Source of the DNA: Octopus bimaculoides
Lineage: Eukaryota
DNA: 41,204 nt
Assembly: GCF_001194135.2 (NCBI RefSeq)
Contig: NC_068991.1
Span: 39,849,221-39,890,424 of the forward strand
Direction: 5' to 3'
In this document: positions 1 to 12,468 of the stretch, piece by piece
How the letters are laid out: each line of letters begins with the position of its first letter
How positions within the stretch are numbered: the first letter of the stretch is position 1
Position numbers and translations under genes: made by a program
The notes under the pieces: model-generated
The model's database searches: none
Told to the model about the DNA's origin: nothing
The model's input: only the letters and a program-made list of their open reading frames with translations

Positions 1-40
<40 letters not shown>

Positions 41-480
41 GATTTTTTCCTTTTGTTATTGGTTAGAGCTATATTTTTTTCTATTTATATGTCTATGTAG
101 CTGACGTATTGTGTAGACAGTCGGATCAGATGTTTTACAATGCGGTTAATTCGGTTTTATTCTCTCGAAAGTAAAAAGCTCAACAATGTCTTCTGTTATT
201 TTGTGATGTATTCACGAAATTATTGTCCGTCTATGTATCGAGAAATATACACCAACAGACCGAATATTTGAGATATCTACATGCTGTTTATAAGTCAACT
301 CAGAGAGCACAAATAGATTCAAATGATATATTAGTTAGCAGAGCATACAACTTGCCCTTCTCTTTGTCTTCCTTTCTGTGAGTTTCAAACAGAAATTATA
401 TCACAGTGGTTCTAAATATGTTTTTATATGGATAATTTTTAATATTTTACGTGCATAATACATTTTATAACTGATACTTT

Positions 481-985
481 ATTTTATCGACCCCAAAAGG
501 ATGAAAAGCAACGTTGACCTCGGCAGAAGTTAAAGTTAGAATGTGGAACCGAAAGAAATGAATCTAAGCAATTTTTCCGTCGCGCCAACAATGCTGTCAG
601 ATCGCAGCCTTATTATAAAAATTATTTCTGATATAGGACACAAAGCCTGAAATTTTGGGAGTTTAATTGATTACATCAACCTCAGAACTTGAATGGTACT
701 TATTTTATCGATTCCGAAAGTTTGAAAGATGAAGTTGAACTCGGCGGAATTTGAACTGAGAAAGAGTCGGAAGAAATGCCGCTAAGTATTTTGTCTGTCA
801 CGCTGAAGATGCTGCCAAATGACTGCTCTATCGATAATCCTTTCTACAAGGCCTGAAAATTTGGGCCTCAGTACTCAACTGCTCCTAATTTTATCGACCC
901 CAGTGCGTAACTGGTACTTATTTCATCAACCCCTAAAGGAAGAAAAGCAAATCAACCTCGGCAGAATTTGAACTCAGAATTTGAA
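481..985 (-). mobile_element. Cluster of three partial copies of a tRNA-derived SINE (family B here): ~481-611, ~638-828, ~846-985
   Basis: Reverse complements of the family-B motifs GTTCTGAGTTCAAATTCCGCCGAGGTCGACTTTGCCTTTCATCCTTTCGGGGTCGATAAAAT and CCAAAATTT, which recur at 16078, 22937, 31835, 32066 and 37544. Confidence 0.8.
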
Positions 986-1020
986 CGTGACACAGTTACT
1001 GAAGACATTCAAATCCCTTC

Positions 1021-2190
1021 ATGGTCATGAACCAATACTCTGGTTATGGTTCATTTATGACGTCATTTTTTGTCTGGGAAGGATCACAGGATAGTTTAAT
1101 TGACTTCTTGCATTTCTGTGACTGTTATGCTAAAAACTATGGCGTTAAGTCCAACGTAGAATTTACGTCTAGTTTTTCAAAAACTGAACGCAAAAGTTTA
1201 AGTTTTTTGGAGGCAGAATAGTTACCTAGTTATTTAGCAAGCCCACGTCATCCCAAATTTAACTTCACCGCCGCTTCGATCATCCACATAATATCATTCC
1301 CAATTTTTGAGGATAAAACGGATTTTTACTGACATAGGGGATTACTGGAAACATTCAAATGCTTTTGTACATTATTATATCACACGCAGTTACAATGAAT
1401 CACGATTAAAGGAAATAGCAAATGAAATAGATAAGATTAGCAAAGATAGTCAAGCCTTCACGCATAATTTTAGCAAACACAATACAATAGATGACAGAAT
1501 TCCTTTAGTGATTAAATGGCACCGAAATTTCGCTGGCTTTTCAAAAGTGTTGCATGAAAGTTACCAGCATCTCGCGAAAAAATATCATCGTTTCAAACAG
1601 GTATTTCCTCAGCCGCCTATTGTAGCCTTTAGACAAAATAAGAATATTAGAGAATTAGTAACCTCAATTTCTGACTCCAAGAAAACGAACATTGGATTAT
1701 CTGCTCGCTGTGCCTTGAAAAACAGCCGCAAGAGAGGTAAGCCCTGTTCATTGTGCAACAACATGGAATTCCATCAGGAATCATAACAGAAATGTTATGA
1801 TCTATATAGAAGGTGGGACATGTAGAGATTCCCATTTGGTGTACGAGACAAAATGCACGAAACACAACTTGATTTATGTTGGTTGTACAACAGAACAATT
1901 AAACAAAAGATTTAATGGGCACAGATATGTTCGACAGAACTTGCTGAACATTTTCTTCAAACGGCTGTAATTTTGAAAAAGACTTGAAAGTGCATATTCT
2001 CAGAAAATATTCTAAATCTGCTTCACTTTTACTTCTCAAAATGCATGAGGTTTGTGTCTTAGGGACAGCAGGGATTATCAGGAGGGTTCTAAGCACTTCA
2101 AAGACTGCTGATACCTAGGTAATAACTTGTGATACCTAGGTAATAACCCACTACCCTCATAAAACCTACCAGGAATAGAACTGAACCTGA
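1021..2190 (+). mobile_element. Decayed Penelope-like element (PLE): RT C-terminal part, linker and GIY-YIG endonuclease
   Basis: Post-catalytic RT motif FVWEG..SLIDFL...VEFT...LSFLE (1021-1221). Linker RIPLVIKWH...VFPQPPIVAFRQNKNIRELV and CSLC (1307-1786). GIY-YIG motif HLVYETKCTKHNLIYVGCTTEQLNKRFNGHR from 1791, then ELAEHF after a frameshift. Followed by (AAT)n at 2199-2247. Confidence 0.85.
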
Positions 2191-2198
2191 GTCAAACC

Positions 2199-2246
<48 letters not shown>

Positions 2247-3852
2247 TTAACAACAACATTATATCTCTGAAAAATTATGTTATTTCGATATTTATTTCAG
2301 TTCGACTGATCTCTCACAATAAATAAATGAATAAATAAATAAAATATTGTGATACGTCATAGAATAGTAATTGAAATCCAAGCACAACCTAATCAAAATA
2401 ACACCAAACCTGTCTTTCTACAACACATCAATCATTGATTGTTGAACTCTGCAACTACATGTTAGCTAACTGCACCGAACTCTGCTCATTCTATGCTAGT
2501 GCTTTGCATTTACAGCAAATATACTTCGCCTTTGACATCTCACAGACAGCTTAGAGGCTGATGTATATATTTCTTCTGCTCCCATTAATCCAAGACGACG
2601 CTATATATGTAAATAGTTCTCTCCAGTATTCCTAAGTTCCTAGTAATAGTAGCTTTATAAGCAATGTCTCTGTAGGCAGTTAAAGATGGAACTAAAACTA
2701 GTCTGGCTAATCCTACTAGTTTTGTTCACAATGATATTTGTTTGAAGGAATTCAATATTTAGAAAATTTTGGAAATTGTCTAAAAAATTTTAATGGTCAT
2801 AAAATCTGATTGGTAACAGTTATGAAGCTGAAATTTTCAGGAACTAACATGGATACTAACAATTGGTGTAAATTTGAAGACAATCTAAGAAAATTGACGA
2901 CGGGCCCTTGTTGAATTTCACTGGAATGACCCCTATGTATATGCATATGTATATAAGCATACACACACACACATGTAAGTATATGTAGACTGGATTTGGA
3001 GAATCCGCTTCAGTTTCTTTTGCTCTTTCTCCATGAAACCCAGTATTTCTAGGTTTTTTGAAACTTTGTCGGAACGTAACCGAATACAACTATGATGATA
3101 AGTACACGTGAGAATTCATAGTCAGGGTACAAGAGCTGTAAGTTCTGCATTGATTCTCCATAAAATATTCTGGACTTTTGATTGTAAATTCGTAACCGCT
3201 GGGGAGCTGACTTCTACAACAGTGCATGACTTTTGTTTCCTGTCTCCCGGAACAATATGTGGTCAGCTATGTTAGCACCAAATTGATGCTTTTTATGTAT
3301 GTGCGTGCGTGTGTGTATGTGTGTGTGCGCGTGTGTGCATATATATACATATTGGAGCCACAATAAGCTCTGATGACATCATTCCTAGCCCATGAAGTTG
3401 TCTTTTCACATACATTGTCTATAAGTAGAATTTCTTTCGAAGACGAAGTTTCCACACTGGAGGTCTTTCCATGCTTGGGTGTACATGAACGTGTTAAACA
3501 AAGATATACACAACTTTATATATATATATAATGTGTGTGCGGAGGGTGTGTGTGTGTATGTGGGTGTGTGAGTGTGTGTATGTGTAAGTGTGTGTGTGTG
3601 TGCGCGTATGTGTGTCTCTGTGTGTGTACTTTTTGTATATTTCTGCTGATTGAAGTTATCTTGATTGTTGACACATTGAATCACAGCCATTGTATAGATC
3701 GAAAGATCTTTCTTTGGATGGGTCTTGTAGAGCTTCCCAATCTCCACCAATACCGGAAGCAGCATTAGATTTTCTTTGGCAGATACAATATCATATCTTC
3801 AACTTTCAAAGTGTTTCATGTAATGTCTTTCTTTGTTTCGTTTTCTTTATGT

Positions 3853-3904
<52 letters not shown>

Positions 3905-4232
3905 ATTTTCTTTTTTTTTCACTCTCTCTTTCTTTAACTCTTTCGGTCGTTTACTTGTCTTTCTCTCTGACTATTGTGAAGAGATAAATAAATCAATATC
4001 AGATTGATCATATTGTTTCAAAGACACCATAATAATACTCTAAAATACCTCTATATCTCTAATGTCTGTATTATCAGCAGATTTACTAACAAAGATAATC
4101 CATAGCATCGACATATTCTCTTGTAGCTTCTCATGTGATTTTTTTTCATTTCATTGCTGAAAATAGTTTACGAAGATGAAACAAATCATATTACCTTAAG
4201 GATTTTTTTATCTTGAGGGTGGCATAATATAA

Positions 4233-4279
<47 letters not shown>

Positions 4280-4290
4280 TACATATACCC

Positions 4291-4321
<31 letters not shown>

Positions 4322-5430
4322 TACATATACCNNNNNNNNNNNNNNNNNNNNNNNNNNNNNNNNNNNNNNNNNNNNNNNNNNNNNNNNNNNNNNNNNNATA
4401 TATATATATGTTTTTATGAGTAAGTGTGTATGTATGTGCGTGTGTGCGTGAGTGTGTATGTATGCGTGCTCATCTGTTGCTTCTGCTAAATATGACTATA
4501 TTATTTGTGTGTGTTTAATGTGTGTGTATTTGTTTGAATATGTGAGTTCGTGGCGCGTCTTCCCTCGCGCGCCTGTGTTTTTAGATGACCTGAAAGCCAC
4601 ACAAAAACATTTCCGCCTTAAAAACAAATATGACGGTTACTCTTAGCGGCTTTTAAAGAATAGGTGACATATATTCAAGAATTCATTTTTGTTACGGAAT
4701 TCTCCGAATTAAAATTAATTGAAAATTGTTACGTATGTTATTCAGTACATCTTCATCTTCCTGAATTATCAAAATTCGCGACGTTGGTCCAATCGGGCTA
4801 TTTTTCTTGACTCACTTTTTGAAGATATGCAAATCGCAAGCTTCTTATCACAGCGCCACGCCTATTTTGAGATGAATGTAACATTATTGGAAATGTGACA
4901 TCAATAATGTAATATTATTGATGATGTGACACGAATTATCGTCTCATTACATCATTGTGACGTAATGAAGGCTTTTGTAATATTGACGTTTTATACAGGG
5001 GACTCAGTATATTGTTGGCAAACACCGGAAGTACATTTTAACGTCTGTGGGATTTGAATTAATACTAGGCGCCAAAGTGACTATTCGCTTGATGATACAG
5101 ATTATCTTAGTCTTAGTAATCCACTTGAAAACGCAGACAGAAAAGACATAAGTTACTTTAGATTATTAGTCTGGTCTGTCTTGATACATTGATCAGTTCG
5201 ATATCGATTTATCAATTTACGATCAAACTAAACTGTCCAGTTTTCTACAATGTGTCACAAGTACAGCATCTCCCTCATCCCCAGGCGTTCGTAGGGAAAT
5301 AACGTTAGAAATGAGACGTTTTGTTGCCAAGAAAATTTCAATTATATTCTTTTGATAACATCAAAAGAAATAGAGAAATATTGCCTAAAATAAGATGCAG
5401 GTGTAGTAAATTATATTTAAATATATACAC

Positions 5431-5594
5431 AGGCGTAGCCAAAATTGGATAGTAAGAAGTTTGCTTCCCAATCACGTGGCTCCGGATTCAGTCCAACTGT
5501 GTGGTTCCTTGAGCAAGTCACGTCTACTATAACCCCGCCCCTACTAGAGCATTGTGAATGGATTTGGCAGACGGAAACTGAAAGAAGCCTGTTG
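5431..5594 (+). mobile_element. 5' part of tRNA-derived SINE family A
   Basis: Matches the head and body of the full copy at 12094-12468 (AAGAAG.TTGCTTCCCAA..CAC.TGG.TCCGG.TT.AGTCC, GGAAACTGAAAGAAGCC); ends in a TA/TACA microsatellite. Confidence 0.85.
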
Positions 5595-5635
5595 TATATA
5601 TATTATATATACATATATGTATATACATACATACA

Positions 5636-5706
<71 letters not shown>

Positions 5707-7295
5707 ATGTATAATATTGTGGTACATAATCCTTTAAGTTCGACAGAGAAAAGGAGTGCGTTTATTACGACACTTGGCACAGAGGAAGAGAAACAGAGTC
5801 GCTGGCGGTCATCAGGGGTTCATCACCCCAACCCATCTCCTCCTTATGGTTTGGTTCAGAAGGACTACCTAAAGTATTCATAAGTTCAAAAACATCGAGT
5901 TCGGGAGTGTTCTGAGGTACCAATTATTCGGGTGACTCGGATGCTTAAGTCTTATGTACAAGATTAGAACAGGCATCACCTCAAGGAACAAGGTGTCTTC
6001 GCGACACAGTATTCTTCTGACCATCGGAGAACATTACGCTCATAAAGTGAAGATTCATATTTAAGATTTCCTCTTCCTCTACTAAAGGGTCATATTTATT
6101 CTGGTGGTTGTATCACTACAGTAAACACTTAGTTATTCAAAGAAGGGAGTCATAAATGGATGGAACATCATTGAAAAATGTTCGCTCATGTAGAGTGCAA
6201 TTTGCTGAAGTCATGAGTTGATGTGCGAGTTAAAGAAACATCCTAATCAAAATACCTCGTCGAGAAAGTGCTATGAAATAATTGTGCTAAGAAGGGACAT
6301 TACTCCAAGGCATGCCGATGTCCACAGTCAACATCTTTAGCGCTACATACAATAACTGCCCTTTCTTGATGATTCATCTCACTAATTGTGATGTGCTGTT
6401 AATGGGCATTAGAATCAATGGAAGGCATTAGTAGAGACAAGAAGCTCAGAAATGGTTACGTCTCAACAGCAATTACCTCCCTTACTTATAAGGTTAATGG
6501 AGTGTAACAAGTCCGTAGACATTTAAATGACTATTACGATTGTGTCACATTCTCTGTTACCCTCGATCTTTGTTGTCATCTTGGGACAAAACTTCCTTAA
6601 GCACCACTCTTCCCTCGGGATTCCGTTTCGTGGGACTAAACCTACTATGACTGTCTGGAGTTTCACTACTGCTTCTGTCCCACATCTTTCTCTGTTTGAT
6701 AATCTCACAAGTGATTGCAAATCCATAACTGTCGAATGTAGACGACATTCTCTGAATGACCAGAAATTCATATATTCTGAGGTCACACGTTTGCTGCAGG
6801 AGGATACTACTGAACCAGAGTAAGTCTCTTTGGAGGACTCAAGTGTTGGTAACAAGAAACGCATGGCCATCAATTATTCACAGATAATGAGTCATTATAC
6901 ATTGCTAGATGCTTATCCTTAACCAAATATTGAGGAAATGGTCGAAGTAACACAACATAATATATTTAGTATAATGGCCCTACAAAGTGCTCACCATCAA
7001 ACGGAGATAAAAGAAAGCTTATACCACATTTGAGGCCGGTCTTCGCTTGTATCAATTTAAACGGATTCTTTATGGAAACATTAGGTGCCCTTAGCTTTTA
7101 ACATATAATTGATGACATAATTGAAAGAGAAGGATTTACAGCCACCAGTGCATATATTGCATATTGACAATGTAAGTGATTGTGAACATAACCAGAGTGT
7201 CCATGTTTGAAGACATTCTTAGATGCAGCAAGCAGGAACAACATACTTTAAACTAAGAAAACTGTGTATTATTCTCTTCAAAATATATTGATCTA

Positions 7296-8563
7296 TTGAG
7301 TTGTCCCATAAATAATGCAGTTTTTTCAATTCCATGAGCTAAAAGTCGGAGGGGGACTGGATAAACTACTTGCATCAACTTGCTATAAAAGCAGGTAGTA
7401 ATTTTACCTTGTTCATATCTTAGTACAATTTTTGAAGAGAGCAGTTCGATTTTAAGTTATTTTTTCAAAGCTATAATCGAAGTAGCAAAGGAGCATATTC
7501 AGCATATTTTGCTTTATGAATTCAATAAAGGCAACAACGCTACGGAAAGTGCGAGGGATATTAATGTAGTATCTGTGGATCGGACAAGAATCGTAAGCTA
7601 GTGTCAACGGTGGTTCCAGAAATTCCGAGCCGGAAACTACAGCCTAAAAGACGAGTATCGTCCCGGAAGATCTGTAGAGCTCGACGAGGACGTCCTACAA
7701 ACCCTGATGAAGCATCGTAACTGTTGAGAAACTAGCAGAGAAGCTTGGATTTGAACATTCAACCATTCATCGACACCTGCATGCCATCGGAAAAGTCAGC
7801 AAATTGAGTCAATGGGTTCCTCACAAATTTTCCGAGTCTAATCGCGTGCAGAGAGTGAATGTGTGCTCTTCTTTGCTGTCACGTCTCACGAATGGCCCCT
7901 ATTTAGATCGAATTGTGATTGGCGATGAGAAACGAGTTCTCTATAAAAATGTGAAGCGCTGAAGACAGTGGGTAGAGAAAAGAGAAGCACCAGCACCCCA
8001 GGTTGAAGAAGGTCTTCAACCACGTGATGTGTTGTTATCTGTTTGGTGGGAAACGAAAGGTTTAGTGCACTTTGAACTTTTAAACCCAAACCTAACGATA
8101 ACAAAGGAGATCTACGAGCAGCTTGAGGGGCTTAATTTGGCGCTAGAAAAAATGACCATCTTTGGTTTCAAGACGAAAGGTGTTCTTCCATCAGGATAAT
8201 GCTCGATAATGCGAGAATGACATTCCAAAAGCTGGAGCAGTTGGAATGGGAAACGTTGCCCCACCGACTATATTCGCCGGACATTGCCTCATCTGATTAT
8301 CATTTATTCTGCAGACTTCAAAATCATTTGGACGGAAAAAGTATGAAATCTGTAGACGAGGTCACAACAGTACTGGAAGAGTATTTTTCGTCACGGACAA
8401 GTGAATTTTGGAAGAGGGGACTTGCAAGTCTACCAGATAGATGGAAGAGCATTGTAGGAAATGAAGGCGAATATATTTTAGATTAAAAAAGAACTTTGTT
8501 TATCTTTAATTTTGAAAAATAGAAGAAGTATTAAAAAACTGCATTATTTTTGGGATAACCCAA
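7296..8563 (+). mobile_element. Full-length (1268 bp) mariner DNA transposon with TIRs and TA target-site duplication
   Basis: Left TA|TTGAGTTGTCCCATAAATAATGCAGTTTTTT versus reverse complement of the right end TA|TTGGGTTATCCCAAAAATAATGCAGTTTTTT; TA at 7294-7295 and 8564-8565. Confidence 0.95.
7476..8486 (+). pseudogene. Mariner DDD transposase, inactivated
   Basis: EHIQHILLYEFNKGNNATESA (HTH), WVPH, IVIGDEK, VLLSVWWE, HQDNAR, YSPDIASSDYHLF, ending GEYILD*. The start codon reads ATC, and there are internal stops and frameshifts. Confidence 0.92.
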
Positions 8564-8774
8564 TACTTGGCTACACGATCAATAATGGATTAATTACACC
8601 AGGTCTAGAATGTATGTGATCGATACTCGATCTTCCGTAACCCAAAGACTTGACATCTCTGAAGCATGCAATGATTAAATTGACATAAATTAAGACCAGT
8701 TTACCTGCCTCATCTTATATTCAATAAAACATATATTAAAGCTATGACTTAATGTCGTCAGATATTATCTCGTA

Positions 8775-9178
8775 TCTTTTATCATTTAACCGTTTCAGTC
8801 ATTGAACTACGGCCATTCTGGAGTATCGTCTTGAAGAGTTTTAGTCGAACAAATTGAACCCAGGACTAATTGTTTTACGTCTGGAATTTATACTATCGGC
8901 ATCTTTAGCTGAGCAGCTAAGTTAGGGAGACATAAACAAACCTATACTTGTTGTCAAGCGATGGCAGGGAGTGAAAGGTACAAATAAAATGACACACGTC
9001 CACGCATACATATATATGATGGGCATTCACAGTTTTCGTCTACCAAATTCACTTATAAGGCATTGGAGTTTATAAGGCAGTCCGAGTTTACAGTAAAAGA
9101 CACATGTAGTGGAGACTGAACCTGAGACCACATGATTACAAAGTGAGCTTCTTAACCGCACAGCCATGCATGCAGCTA
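8775..9178 (-). mobile_element. Diverged near-full-length SINE family A copy
   Basis: Reverse complement follows the 12094 copy from head (GGCTGTGCGGTTAAGAAGCTCAC) to tail (GGCCGTAGTTCAATGACTGAAAC). Confidence 0.8.
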
Positions 9179-9495
9179 TATTAATATCTTTGAAATGGAA
9201 TTGGTCATGGTACGTCCAGAGGAGTATAACAAAAGGTAAACCAAAAAGATTATGAAACGGCAAAAGACTAAAAATCAAAATGGAACAACAGATTAGGTTT
9301 GATAAAACCTGATGAGAGAAAAACTATACTTGAAATTGCAGAGAAATAAAACGAAGTGATGTTACCCACTAATGGCACAGAAATCATTGATTTGATTGGT
9401 TGATTAGTTAATTGACTGGTTGACTGCTTAAATGTGAAGAATTGCTAAGCTGAATGAGTGTTCGTGTTCCTCCTTATCTCTCTCTCTATGTATAT

Positions 9496-9550
<55 letters not shown>

Positions 9551-10617
9551 NNNNNNNNNNTGTGTGTGTGTGTGTGTGTGTGTGTATAAACACACATGTA
9601 TGTATGTATGTATGTATGTATGTATGTATGTATGTATGTACGTATGTATGTATGTATGTGTGCGTGTGCGTGTATGTCGTGTACGATATACAAGCGAGTT
9701 CAAAATAGTACTCATTGCCTAGGGACGGAAGTAATTTGTGGTCAATCATAAATACATGCATCCGTGTGTATGCGTGTGGGTGTGTAAGCATGTGCGTATG
9801 AAAGAGAGAAAGAGAGAGGGAAAAAGAGAAGCGAGTGGGTGTGTGTATGTATATACACATATACATGTATACACCTTACATATACACAAGCATAAATACA
9901 TACCTACACGCACACACTCACAATTACACACACACCTACATTCATAGACATCTACACACAGACATGCACACACGCACGCATATACATATATACATGCATG
10001 CATACATACATGCAATCTTTGTCTAGAATCATAACCTAAAACCCTGTTATCCTCGCCCACGAACCACCGACCACGGCTTCGACTTCTCTCGCCTGAAAAC
10101 TACAGCAATTCAACAGGAATGAAAGTTCAGCTACTTGAAAAGTAACTTGCCAAGACGTTACTTCAATATCCGCTGTTTTGCAGATTCCTGGGGTTCCAAA
10201 CATTACAAGCTAAGGGTTTCAGAGATAACAAGTTTATTCATAGTCCACGTGAAGTCTGACGAACAAAATAATTAATTAATCAACTATTTATACACAATCC
10301 TCTCTCTCTCTCTCTCTCCCTGTGCCTGACTGTCTGTCTCTCCCCCCCTCTCTCTAGCTTTGTAAAATGTTTAATTTAATGTAATTTATTTGCCTCGGGT
10401 TATTCCATGCTGATGATATCAAATGAGGATGAAATGGTGCTACACATGACTACCTACGATTACAAATTTGAAGTTCTTTATATCGTGTAAGAAAACAGAA
10501 ATATTAAATGTATATCTTTTGTACACATTCTTGTTCATTTAAGAGTCAAACTTCACTCCTGTCTTAACTTAATCTAGAACTGATTGTTTCCCTTCCTTAC
10601 GATAGCCGATCATCAGG

Positions 10618-10730
<113 letters not shown>

Positions 10731-11135
10731 TACACTCACACACGCATGCATACGCACTGTTTTCTTTTTTTCGCCACAGTTTTACCCTAATGCCTATCAC
10801 CATAGATTGCTGTTTCTTTCCTTTTGTCTTTCATTCTTTTCCCCTTCTCTTATGCATTCTCTCTGTTTCTCGAAGTCTCCGGCCTATGGAGAATTGCCCA
10901 AGGTAAGGACGATTGTTCAAGGTACACTCGATGTTAAGCTCACACCCGCAAAAGTCACTAGACAGAAATATTTTCGTAAATTTTTACTGGAAGTATTCCG
11001 TTTTTAGTAATTTATTGCTAATAAAATGCTTATCTGTTTGAAATCGATGACAAATTCATTGTTCATAATCCTTAATCACATTTTACATTCACCACTTGCT
11101 AACACATACACTCACACACACACAAACACACACGC

Positions 11136-11171
<36 letters not shown>

Positions 11172-11215
11172 GTATATTTGTTTGTGTGTGTGTATGAGTG
11201 TATGTGACAGAGTGT

Positions 11216-11291
<76 letters not shown>

Positions 11292-11460
11292 ACATATGCT
11301 GGTATACATGCGCATACAAAGAATCGATTGATAAAAAAAATTGAATGTCTCTCCACAAGCTGTCACCGCTTATTACATTATTATGTTGGTTTTTCTGTGG
11401 TTCATTCGGTTCATTGTACAAATACTGCCATTCAATTCCATTTTTGTGAAAAATAGATTT

Positions 11461-11930
11461 TATATATTGTAGTTTATAAATTTAAAACTGGTTTGATGTC
11501 TCTCCGCAGACGCAAACAATAGGTAATTGATTGAACAGTTGGACGCTTTTGCGTGGAATTCAAAGAGAGTCCGTCGGCCTATATATAGTAAGAGAATAAT
11601 ATACAAGAAGAAAAGGCACCCCATAACTGTGTTACCAATCTGATATATGAAAACGCCCTCTATGGGTTTCAACCTCAAATGAAACTTTGGAGAAGTAATT
11701 CCCACCTTTTCACTCGTGTTGTTCAAGAATTTGGCATTGTCGGATTGACTAAGCCCTGTACTCAGTCTTTTCATCTTCTTCTACTGCACAACCTCTTTCA
11801 TTATAACCACCAGACAGTAAAACTGCCTGATATCCCTTGCTAAAGTAAGGCAGGTGAGAGCCCCTCAATTTTGACTTTGGATCCTTCCAATGTCACAGCG
11901 GCCAATTTCATAGGTTGGCAATTTGTGTAC
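11461..11930 (-). mobile_element. Probable 3' coding remnant of a CR1-group LINE
   Basis: Scattered minus-strand peptides LEGSKVKIEGL, RGRF, TDSL and QLFNQLP, in the order I recall for CR1-type RT C-termini; heavily decayed. Confidence 0.4.
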
Positions 11931-12093
11931 ACTATACGTGTGCGTGGAGGTTGCTTTCGTTGTTATCTTGGTCGGACAAAATTACAATAGAATTTATTTC
12001 ACTGGTTATACATTGTGACAACGAAGGTGTCGCTCTGTGACCCGACCGAACACTTTTAATTTATGTATTTATATTTATCAAATTTATCAAATA

Positions 12094-12468
12094 CGCGTAG
12101 GAGTAGCTGTGTGGTAAGAAGCTTGCTTCCCAACCACATGGTTCCGGGTTTAGTCCCACTGCGTGACACCTTGGGCAAGTATCTTCGACTATAGCCTCGG
12201 CCAACCAAAGCCTTATGAGTGGATTTGATAGATGGAAACTGAAAGAAGCCCATCGTATGTAAATGTATGCATTTGTGTGTCTGGATTTGTCCCCCTCCAT
12301 CGCTTTGGCAGCTGATGTTGGTGTGTTTCCGTCCCAGTAACTTAGCGGTTCGGCAAGATACCGTTGGAATAAGTACTACGCTTACAAAGAATAAGTCCTG
12401 GGGTCGATTTGTTCGACTAAAAGCAGTGCTCCAGCATGGCCGCAGTAAAAACAAGTAAAAGAGTAAAA
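12094..12468 (+). mobile_element. Full-length tRNA-derived SINE family A
   Basis: A-box-like TAGCTGTGTGGT, B-box-like GGTTTAGTCCC, CORE-like CCTTGGGCAAGT, internal short TG-rich tract and 3' tail CCAGCATGGCCGCAGT..ACAAGTAAAAGA; at least four other copies in the window. Confidence 0.9.

Larger units (their letters stand above)
5950..8672 (+). mobile_element. Decayed Ty3/Gypsy LTR-retrotransposon gag-pol remnant, interrupted by a mariner at 7296-8563
   Basis: Zinc-knuckle half CAKKGHYSKACR at 6283-6318. RT motifs FDNLTSDCKSITVECRRHSLNDQKFIYSEVTRLLQE, KKRMAINYSQ (6854), TLLDAYP and YTTFEAG..LYQFKRI, then KYIDL | LGYTI..NGLITP..DLP.PKDLTSLK across the mariner. Many stops and frameshifts; no LTRs seen; 5' limit approximate. 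Confidence 0.85.

Noticed and set aside
4899-4923. 10-bp perfect hairpin CATCAATAAT/ATTATTGATG (also the 9-bp one near 2694-2724)
   Set aside because: Expected by chance in AT-rich DNA of this length
9303-9355. CTGATGA...GAAA hammerhead-like string
   Set aside because: Stem I cannot form and stem II is weak
10411-10455. CTGATGA-TATC...GAT-GAAA hammerhead-like string
   Set aside because: The cleavage position would be G and there is no stem I
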